A stretch of 64,000 nt of DNA from Candidatus Latescibacterota bacterium (lineage in GTDB: Bacteria > Latescibacterota > UBA2968): contig OZ244960.1 in NCBI GenBank assembly GCA_965222605.1, positions 3,616,001 through 3,680,000 of the forward strand. The letters run 5' to 3'. The first letter of the stretch is position 1, and the number at the start of each line of letters is the position of its first letter. Positions 56,559-64,000 of the stretch are shown piece by piece. The position numbers were made by a program, and so were the translations under genes. Below the pieces are notes generated by a model that saw nothing but the letters and a program-made list of their open reading frames with translations, was not told the DNA's origin and searched no databases.

Positions 56559-57629
56559 ATGCTTATGCAAATGCACACTTATCAACCCACATATCTTCAC
56601 GCGCTTGCGAGATGTTTGTTTGAAGCGTCTGGTGCGACACCTGATATTGCCTGTATTGTCGCCAAAATTCTGGTGAATGCCAATCTCGCCGGTCACGATT
56701 CTCACGGCGTTCTCCGCATTCCCGTGTATCTCCAGCGCATCTCTGAGGGTTCTATGAATCCCGCGGCTGAACCCACAACGGTGCGGGAATCGATTACCAC
56801 ATTGGTTTTGGACGGCAACCGAGGGCTGGGCCATCTCACGGCTTATCGCGCGCTCCACCAGGCGATGGAAAAAGCGCGAACTTCTGAAATTTGTTCGGTT
56901 TCATTCACGCGGGTTGAACATATTGGACGGCTGGGCGAATATGCCGAGATTGCCGCGCGTGCGGGTTTTATCGGTATTTGCATGGTCGGTGGGGGATCGC
57001 CCAATACAATGAAAGTCCTGCCTTTTGGGGGTAAAAAAGGCAGTTTGGGTACCAATCCCATTGCGGTGGGCGTTCCCACGGGCGACGAGGCACCCTTTGT
57101 GCTTGATTTTGCTACCTCGATGGTCGCCGAGGGCAAGCTTCAGGTCGCACGAAGCAAGAATTTGCCGATTCCCGACCATTTTATTGTGGATAAGAATAAT
57201 AATCCGTCAACCAATGCTCTCGATTTTTACGATGGCGGGTATTTGCGTACTTTTGGAGAGCACAAGGGCTATGCGCTTTCGCTGCTGGTTTGTTTGATGG
57301 GTCAGCTGGGGAATCGCGGAGATCGCCCGCGTTTTGGGGGCGCGTTTATGCAGGTTATAGATATTAGCGCGTTTACAGATTTGAATGGTTATCAACAGGA
57401 TATTCGCGCATTTTTAGACGCGATGAAGACGACTGAACCCGCCGATGGGATAGACGAGGTTCTGGTTCCCGGGGATTTTGAATACAGCAACCGCAGGCAT
57501 CGCCTCAAACACGGCATTGAAATACCCGACACGATTAACGAGCAACTTGCCGAATGGGCAGACCGCTTCGAGGTGTCTGTAGATGATAGTATTGTGGAAG
57601 ATAAAGATAGGGTGCATTATCAGAGGTGA
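56559..57629 (+). CDS. Ldh_2 (malate/L-lactate/sulfolactate dehydrogenase) family oxidoreductase
   Basis: GHDSHG, HIGRLG, GTNPIA, LDFATS, HKGYAL. Confidence 0.9.
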   Translation: MLMQMHTYQPTYLHALARCLFEASGATPDIACIVAKILVNANLAGHDSHGVLRIPVYLQRISEGSMNPAAEPTTVRESITTLVLDGNRGLGHLTAYRALHQAMEKARTSEICSVSFTRVEHIGRLGEYAEIAARAGFIGICMVGGGSPNTMKVLPFGGKKGSLGTNPIAVGVPTGDEAPFVLDFATSMVAEGKLQVARSKNLPIPDHFIVDKNNNPSTNALDFYDGGYLRTFGEHKGYALSLLVCLMGQLGNRGDRPRFGGAFMQVIDISAFTDLNGYQQDIRAFLDAMKTTEPADGIDEVLVPGDFEYSNRRHRLKHGIEIPDTINEQLAEWADRFEVSVDDSIVEDKDRVHYQR

Positions 57630-57650
57630 ATTCACAAAGAGGAAAAAATA

Positions 57651-57686
57651 AAAGGGGTGAAACCATTTGGTGGTTTCACCCCTTTG
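57651..57686. terminator. bidirectional terminator between convergent genes
   Basis: AAAGGGGTGAAACCA..TGGTTTCACCCCTTT. Confidence 0.75.
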
Positions 57687-57705
57687 CGTTTTTGCGCTGT
57701 GGCAG

Positions 57706-58884
57706 TTAGTCCGCCGCGTCGCTGTGATCCATGGAGCAGAATGCCTGATAGTCCATGAGTTCGGTGATGGTCGGGTTGTCGCCACATACAGGGCAATTTT
57801 TGTCGCGGCGAATTTTGAATATGTTGAATGTCATTTGCAGGGCGTCGTACATCAGCAAGCGACCGATGAGTGGATCCCCCTGACCGAGTATGAGTTTGAC
57901 TACTTCTGTGGCCTGCACGAGGCCAATTGTGCCGGGCAAAACACCCAGCACGCCTGCTTCGTCTCACGACGGTGCCAGGTCTGCCGGCGGTGGCGCAGGG
58001 TAGAGGCAGCGGTAGCAAGGCCCCTCGCCGTCGCACGTGTACACCGTGACCTGACCTTCAAAGCGGAAGATGCTGCCATCCACGATGGGTTTTTTTAAGA
58101 AGACACACGCGTCGTTGACCAGATAGCGCGTTGGAAAGTTGTCGCAGCCGTTGACGATAATATCGTATTCGGGGAGGATGTCCATGATGTTGTCGGATGT
58201 GAGATAGTCGGTGTGTGGCACCACATCACAGCCGGGGTTGATTTCTTTGAGGGTCTCGTAGGCTGAGATGGCTTTGAGACGACCCAGGTCAGATGTGCCG
58301 TGCAGTATCTGGCGTTGCAAGTTGGTGACATCGACGATATCGGCATCGACAATTCCCAGTCTCCCAATGCCAGTCGCCGCCAGATAAAGTCCGGTTGGGC
58401 TGCCCAATCCGCCCGCGCCGATGAGTAATACTTTGGCGTCGAGGAGTTTGCCTTGTCCTCGTTCTCCCACTTCGGGGATGAGGAGGTGACGGGAGTAACG
58501 CTGTACTTCGGCTTTGTTGAGCGCGCGGTCACGATCAATGGCGAGGCTGGCATTTTTCCACGCCTCGATGTCGCCCTGGATGTACGCGACATCGGAATAG
58601 CCCATGTCTTGAAGGGCCTGTGCGGCCAATGCACCCTGGCCCTGAGCACCATAGACAATGATTGCGCGGTCGCGGTCGTTGTCCATGCTTTCTATGCGGA
58701 GTTCGAGAAAGCCACGCGGCACATTTTCTGCGCCGGGGATATATCCTTCGATATAATTTTCGCGCTCGCGCACGTCTATGAGCAGCGTGCCATTTGCATG
58801 GATTTTCTCCTGTGCGTGTCCTGGAGAAAGCCCCGTGGTGTTGGCTTCTGCCCGTGTGACGAGCGTTTTATAAGTTGCACTCAT
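57706..58884 (-). CDS. moeB: rhodanese-MoeB/ThiF (MoeZ-like) adenylyltransferase with in-frame UGA, probable selenocysteine
   Basis: RYSRH, GAGGLG, TNLQRQ, CYRC; LAPS-TGA-DEAGVLG at the conserved PSC Cys; frame continues to CPVC. Confidence 0.85.
57929..57951 (-). promoter_or_regulatory. candidate bacterial SECIS hairpin
   Basis: GUGCUGGGU-GUUUU-GCCCGGCAC stem-loop starting 12 nt after the UGA; loop begins with G. Confidence 0.65.
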
Positions 58885-58970
58885 GGCGAGCCTTTCGGGT
58901 TGGTGTTTGGATTATTTTCGACGGGATTTAATGTAAGGTATTTTTCCGCATCCTGCAAGTCCGCGAAAAA

Positions 58971-59780
58971 TTAGACAATTGTAATTTCGGGCAAGTCGCT
59001 TTCCCGTTTTTCCAGTGCGTCGGTAATGCGCTGGGCGATTTCGGCGAAAGCGCGGTTTTCACCTGTTGCGATGGGCGCGCCCGTGTCGCCGCCTTCGCGA
59101 ATGTTGGGCTGAATGGGGATTTGTCCGAGTAGGGGCAGGCCAAATGCATCGGCGATGTGTTGCCCCCCGCCTTCGCCAAAGAGGGGTGTGCGATCTCCGC
59201 AACACGGGCACAGGAAATAGCTCATGTTTTCGACAACGCCCAGGATGGGGACTTCGACTTTGCGGAACATTTCAATGCCGCGATGGACGTCTTCCAAAGC
59301 GACATTTTGCGGGGTGGTGACAATGACCGCACCGCTGAGTGGCACGGTTTGGGCAAGGGTGAGTTGTGCATCGCCCGTGCCGGGGGGTAGATCGACGACG
59401 AGGTAGTCGAGCGCGCCCCATATTACGTCAACAATGAATTGCTGGATCATTCTGCTCACGATGGGACCGCGCCATATAATAGGGGCATTTTCTCCGGCGA
59501 TAAGGCCGAGAGACATGAATTTGACATTGTGATTTTCAAGGGGCAGTATTTTTTGCCCTATTGCCTTGGGTTGCGCCATGCTGCCCATCATGATTGGCAC
59601 GTTGGGGCCGTAAATATCCGCGTCGAGCAAGCCAACCGCTGCGCCCTGTTTGGCGAGCGAGACCGCGAGGTTCACGCTAACCGTTGTTTTGCCCACGCCG
59701 CCTTTGCCGCTGGATACTGCGACGATGTGTTTGACTTCGGGTAAGATCTCAGGGCGTTGGGGACGGTCTGGTGTTGGCAT
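58971..59780 (-). CDS. mrp: Mrp/NBP35 (ApbC) Fe-S cluster carrier ATPase
   Basis: SGKGGVGKTT, DADIYGP, DLPPGTGD, ENMS..CPCC. Confidence 0.93.
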   Translation of the reverse strand: MPTPDRPQRPEILPEVKHIVAVSSGKGGVGKTTVSVNLAVSLAKQGAAVGLLDADIYGPNVPIMMGSMAQPKAIGQKILPLENHNVKFMSLGLIAGENAPIIWRGPIVSRMIQQFIVDVIWGALDYLVVDLPPGTGDAQLTLAQTVPLSGAVIVTTPQNVALEDVHRGIEMFRKVEVPILGVVENMSYFLCPCCGDRTPLFGEGGGQHIADAFGLPLLGQIPIQPNIREGGDTGAPIATGENRAFAEIAQRITDALEKRESDLPEITIV

Positions 59781-59799
59781 GGTGGCTCCGGTGATAAAT

Positions 59800-60960
59800 T
59801 TAATAGTTCGGCGAGATTTCGCGAAGGCGATTGACTTCTTGAATTACGCGTTTTGCAACATAGTCAATTTCTTCTTCGGTATTGAATCGGCCAATGCCAA
59901 AGCGAATGCTGCACTGCGCCATGTCATTGCTGACGCCAATGGCTTTGAGTACATAGGATGGTTCCAGGGATGCGGATGTACACGCCGAACCGGATGAGAG
60001 GGCTACGTCTCGTAAGCTCATGAGCAGGCTTTCGCCATCTACGCCGGCAAAGCTGATGTTGAGATTGCCCGGCAGACGTTGTTCGGGGTGGCCGTTGAGT
60101 TGTATCTGGGACAGCGCGTTGAAGAGATGGTTTTGCAGGCGGTGGCGCAATTTTTGGCTGTGTTTTGCTTCAGTTTCGATGTGTTTTTGTGCAAGCGCAC
60201 AGGCTTCCCCCATGCCCACAATGCCCGGTACATTGAGTGTGCCAGAGCGCATGCCTTTTTCATGGCCCCCGCCGTCTATTTGGCCGACGAGGCGAACGCG
60301 CGGGCGACTGCGCACATAGAGCGCGCCTGCGCCTTTGGGACCGTAGAGTTTGTGGGCGGAGATGGAGAGCAGGTCGATGTGCATGGCTTCGACATCGAGC
60401 GGGTATTTGCCAATGGCCTGTGCTGCATCTGTGTGGAAATAGATGTTTTTTGCGCGACAGATCGCCCCGATTTCTTCAATCGCCTGGCAGGTGCCGATTT
60501 CGTTGTTGGCCGACATAATGGAGACGAGTACGGTGTTATCTGTGATGGCGTTTTCAATGTCTGATGGATCGACAATACCGTGTGAATCTACGGGCAAGAT
60601 TGTGACCGAGACCCCCTCGCGTTCCAGTGCGCGGCAAGAGTCGAGTACGGCGTGGTGTTCGGTAGCTTGCGTGATGATGTGCGCGTTGGTGGCTGCGGCT
60701 GCTACGCCTTTGGTGGCGAGGTTGTCGGATTCTGTGGCGCCACTGGTAAAGACGATGTCTTTGGGCTGTGCGTTGATGAGGCTGGCTATTTGTTCCCGCG
60801 CGAGATCAACAGCATCTTCGGCATGCCACCCAAAGGTGTGTGTGCGGCTGGCGGCATTGCCAAAACGATCTTTGAGATAGGGCAACATCGCGTTGAGTAC
60901 CCGTTCATCTATGGGTGTCGTGGCGTTGTTGTCGAGATATATGGGCAGTTGAGTAGGCAT
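59800..60960 (-). CDS. iscS: cysteine desulfurase
   Basis: [34 protein letters not shown]. Confidence 0.93.
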   Translation of the reverse strand: MPTQLPIYLDNNATTPIDERVLNAMLPYLKDRFGNAASRTHTFGWHAEDAVDLAREQIASLINAQPKDIVFTSGATESDNLATKGVAAAATNAHIITQATEHHAVLDSCRALEREGVSVTILPVDSHGIVDPSDIENAITDNTVLVSIMSANNEIGTCQAIEEIGAICRAKNIYFHTDAAQAIGKYPLDVEAMHIDLLSISAHKLYGPKGAGALYVRSRPRVRLVGQIDGGGHEKGMRSGTLNVPGIVGMGEACALAQKHIETEAKHSQKLRHRLQNHLFNALSQIQLNGHPEQRLPGNLNISFAGVDGESLLMSLRDVALSSGSACTSASLEPSYVLKAIGVSNDMAQCSIRFGIGRFNTEEEIDYVAKRVIQEVNRLREISPNY

Positions 60961-61076
60961 ATAAAAAGTGAGAAGTGAGAAATGAGGGGCTTACCCGATC
61001 TCGCTGTCCAGGGTCAGGTACCAATCTACAAGCCAATATACCCGATTTCGCATTGGCGTCAATACAAGGGGTAGTA

Positions 61077-62003
61077 TCATTCAAATAAAGCTCTGACAAA
61101 GTTTTCGGGGTCGAAGTCGTCCAGGTCCTCAACGCTTTCTCCCAGGCCAACATAGCGCACGGGCAGGTCGAGTTCGTCGGCAATGGCGATGACGACACCT
61201 CCTTTGGCTGTGCCGTCGAGTTTTGCCAGGACAAGGCCCGTGAGTTCGACCGCGCTGTGAAAATGTTTTGCCTGAATGACGGCATTTTGTCCGGTGGTTG
61301 CATCGAGTACGAGCAGGGTTTCGTGGGGGGCACCGGGCAGTGCTCTGGCGACGACGCGGCGGATTTTTTTGACTTCTTCCATGAGGTTGACTTTGGTGTG
61401 CAGGCGGCCTGCTGTGTCGATGAGTACGACGTCGATGTCGCGTGCTCTGGCTGCCTGAATGGCGTCGAATGCCACGGATGCTGCGTCTGCACCCGGTTGG
61501 TGGTGCACTATGTCAGATCCTGTGCGGTCGGCCCAGATGCCGAGTTGGTCAATGGCTGCTGCCCGAAATGTGTCTCCTGCAGCAAAGAGTACTTTTTTGC
61601 CTTCGCGGCTGAGTTTGTGAGCCATTTTGCCAATGGTGGTGGTTTTGCCCACGCCGTTGACGCCTACGACGAGGATGACGTGGGGTTTGGCTGTGATTGA
61701 GACAGGTGGTGCGGTATCTGAAGGCAGGAGGATTTTGCGGATTTCTTCTTCGAGAAATTCTTGAATTGCGGTTTCTGGGTTTTCAACGGGTTCGCCGGTT
61801 TCGAAGCGTTCGCGCAATTGGTCAATTATGCGGAGGGTGGGATCTACGCCAACGTCGGCTTCAATGAGAATTTCTTCAATTTCTTCAAGGGTTTCTTCGT
61901 CGATTTCAGGGCACCGCCGAATGACTTCGCGGATTTTTTGTACCATGCCCTCGCGGGTTTTGGTCAATCCTTTTTTTAGTTTGTCGATTAATTTACCGAG
62001 CAT
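61077..62003 (-). CDS. ftsY: signal recognition particle receptor FtsY
   Basis: [31 protein letters not shown]. Confidence 0.96.
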   Translation of the reverse strand: MLGKLIDKLKKGLTKTREGMVQKIREVIRRCPEIDEETLEEIEEILIEADVGVDPTLRIIDQLRERFETGEPVENPETAIQEFLEEEIRKILLPSDTAPPVSITAKPHVILVVGVNGVGKTTTIGKMAHKLSREGKKVLFAAGDTFRAAAIDQLGIWADRTGSDIVHHQPGADAASVAFDAIQAARARDIDVVLIDTAGRLHTKVNLMEEVKKIRRVVARALPGAPHETLLVLDATTGQNAVIQAKHFHSAVELTGLVLAKLDGTAKGGVVIAIADELDLPVRYVGLGESVEDLDDFDPENFVRALFE

Positions 62004-62075
62004 GAAAATTCCTTAAAGTTTGCAAAGTCGACGTGCTCCCTTGACTGAAGTCAAGGGATTCCGGGTCACCCTTTA

Positions 62076-63317
62076 TCAGGCGGCCTCCCGAGAACTTACA
62101 GCTTCGTGGACCGTATGGTGATCAAACACCAAGACCACTGGGCGCGCCGAACGCCCACTACTGGGAACCCCAGATACTTTTTGGTGGATATTGAACGCAC
62201 CCACAAGGTCTGCTTGGCCTTCAAAGCCGCAGCAGCAGGAATACCAACCACGATGTTTGCGATTGGATTTCTTTTTTATACCACAGTGCGGGCAAGTCTG
62301 CGAGGTATATTTCTCACAGACGACGTTGACCTTTATGCCAAGCAGCGCGGCCTTGTATTCAATCATCGCGCTGAGCCTATCATATGGCCAGGCGTGCAGG
62401 CGTTGATTCATCCTTTTGCCATAGGCGATGTGCTGTCGGATGCCGGTCAAGTCACCCAGGATGATAGTGCCCACACCCTTATCGACACACACATCCACAA
62501 ACCGTCTGCTGGCGATATGGAGGGCATGCGTGATTTGTCGGGCTTCTTTTCGGGCGATCTGGCGATAGCGTCTCGACATCATAGGATGGTCCTGGCTGGG
62601 CGGTTTGACCTTTGCTCTGACCTTCTGCCAGTATCGGCGTGTGGCCTTGAGCAGGCGTCCACAGATCAGATACCGAGAGCCATCACAGAAATCTGCGGCA
62701 ATGAGCCAGTCTTCGCCTATGTCCACACCAACGGTGGCCTCTCCGGGGGGCTTATCAGGAACATCCACTTCGACCACCAGACGGGCTTGGAAATCCCGTG
62801 TGTGCGTATCGTAGATGATCTGGACGTTCTTCAACTGGGAAAGGTCAACATTTGGGCGGGTGTGGAGACGAAAGACGAGGCGGCGCACACCGTCCTGTCG
62901 GGTGGTGCCAAGCGAGATGCGAAGATATGTCATTCCGCGCTTGTGGATTACCTTGATGGATCCATTGTTGGGATGGGAATAGCGCAGCGGAGACAGACGC
63001 GTCTTCTTCCTGAACCCTGGAGGCCGTGCCTTCTTGTCGCGCTTGTGCTTTTGAAAGAACGACTGAAAAGCCCATCCCACCTCTTGGCGCGTGGTATCTA
63101 CCACATCGGAATACAATTCCTTGTGGCGTGGCAACTGGCGGGCAATACGGTTGAGATGGCTGGCCGAATAACAGACTTTCCCCTGCTGCTCGTATTCTTC
63201 ACGCAGATGAAAGATCAAGCCATTATAGACTTTGGTCGCAGACAACATTGCGTCACGAAGAATGTCAAAGCGTTCAGGTGCGCCGCGAAGACGGGCTTTT
63301 ATTGTCAGGTATGGCAT
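62076..63317 (-). CDS. tnpB: RNA-guided endonuclease TnpB
   Basis: PPGFRK, GVDIG (RuvC-I), YTSQTCPHCG..CCCG zinc finger, ADLVGAFNI (RuvC-III). Confidence 0.93.
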   Translation of the reverse strand: MPYLTIKARLRGAPERFDILRDAMLSATKVYNGLIFHLREEYEQQGKVCYSASHLNRIARQLPRHKELYSDVVDTTRQEVGWAFQSFFQKHKRDKKARPPGFRKKTRLSPLRYSHPNNGSIKVIHKRGMTYLRISLGTTRQDGVRRLVFRLHTRPNVDLSQLKNVQIIYDTHTRDFQARLVVEVDVPDKPPGEATVGVDIGEDWLIAADFCDGSRYLICGRLLKATRRYWQKVRAKVKPPSQDHPMMSRRYRQIARKEARQITHALHIASRRFVDVCVDKGVGTIILGDLTGIRQHIAYGKRMNQRLHAWPYDRLSAMIEYKAALLGIKVNVVCEKYTSQTCPHCGIKKKSNRKHRGWYSCCCGFEGQADLVGAFNIHQKVSGVPSSGRSARPVVLVFDHHTVHEAVSSREAA

Positions 63318-63416
63318 TTAAAACTAACCGTCCTGAATATAGTGTCCAATCGGCACAATGGTATGCAGAATAACAGACATAACATATTGTTTTTTTTATT
63401 GTTCTATCCATATTTT

Positions 63417-63445
63417 ATTATACTTACAAATGGTATGGATGTCAA
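63417..63445 (-). promoter_or_regulatory. perfect-consensus sigma70 promoter upstream of tnpB
   Basis: Minus strand TTGACA-17bp-TATAAT. Confidence 0.8.
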
Positions 63446-63620
63446 CATTTACTTGCAACACAATATTCAATCACGTCGCATGATTGGCATTGTGCTTCGC
63501 GTGCCTCCCCGTGCTCAAGCACGGGTCTCCTGCGACATTTTTTAGGGAGCAAAAATAGGGCAGACGTCACCTAAACGCCCGTTAGACGGCGTTTCTGGCG
63601 CGTTGTGTGCGTATTTCTGT

Positions 63621-64000
63621 TCATTTACAACCCCCATCCCTTTCGTTTGGTTTGTCGTCAACGTCAACCTTCCAATACTGCCCGCTGATAAAGGTCTTTG
63701 TTATCTTTTTGCTCCCGTTCATTCTATATCCGAGAGTGAACATCACCTGCGCTTGTTCTGTATCGCCCACCGTTTTGCCTGTGTCTCCGTTGAACATAAA
63801 CGAGATAGGATCAAATTTTTGTCCGTTAATGCGTTCGGCAGATTGAGCCTTGAGCCAGTGATAAAAGTGGGTTGGTTGTTTCAACGCCTCTTGTCGTGCC
63901 TTTTGCACTGCCGTTGGGTCATTGATATGCTCATTGACCCATGCGGTTGCGTCACGCATTCTTTTTGCGCGGTCCAAAATTAATGTTGAGCAACCCTCAC
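63621..64000 (-). CDS. hypothetical protein, 5' end beyond the window
   Basis: Frame stays open to the window edge; no family recognised. Confidence 0.5.
   Translation of the reverse strand, partial: EGCSTLILDRAKRMRDATAWVNEHINDPTAVQKARQEALKQPTHFYHWLKAQSAERINGQKFDPISFMFNGDTGKTVGDTEQAQVMFTLGYRMNGSKKITKTFISGQYWKVDVDDKPNERDGGCK

Larger units (their letters stand above)
62027..63540 (-). mobile_element. IS200/IS605-family element, TnpB only (IS1341-like)
   Basis: tnpB flanked by subterminal hairpins 62037-62058 (right end) and 63508-63525 (left end); no tnpA; exact ends approximate. Confidence 0.78.

Noticed and set aside
57706-57951. Separate 81-aa ORF, or a moeB pseudogene call
   Set aside because: Better explained as the in-frame C-terminus after a Sec UGA.
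60963-60987. AAGTGAG heptamer-like repeats upstream of iscS
   Set aside because: Only 2-3 imperfect units; no function can be supported.
62106-63545. 479-aa plus-strand ORF
   Set aside because: Antisense shadow of tnpB with no recognisable motifs.
1-64000. rRNA, tRNA, prophage or integrase genes
   Set aside because: None recognised by eye; tRNAscan-SE or Infernal would be needed to exclude small RNAs.

Overview
Gene-dense bacterial chromosomal window. Four Cys-type sulfatases, an internalin-type LRR protein and a dockerin/EF-hand-like secreted protein suggest a marine or sponge-associated lineage (inference only). Metabolic and housekeeping genes include a HAL2-type nucleotidase, a secreted TldD/TldE-like pair, CBS-korA-korB(CBS), PolX, DksA, GDH, a YtrA-type ABC locus and ftsY-iscS-mrp-moeB. 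A defence-rich patch at about 26.7-42 kb holds a Type IIG R-M enzyme, a stand-alone TIR, a putative toxin-antitoxin pair and Pnkp-Hen1 RNA repair. An IS1341-like TnpB element lies near the right end. Most notable: (1) an unannotated cassette occurs twice, with sigma70 promoter, short two-hairpin RNA with intrinsic terminator, RBS and truncated NYN RNase, resembling a type III-like RNA-antitoxin/NYN-toxin system; (2) MoeB is split in the ORF track by an in-frame UGA with a SECIS-like hairpin, so it is probably a selenoprotein; (3) the TnpB has a rearranged RuvC-II site and a perfect promoter pointing into ftsY; (4) KorB is fused to a CBS pair. All calls come from motif recognition by eye; no database searches were run.
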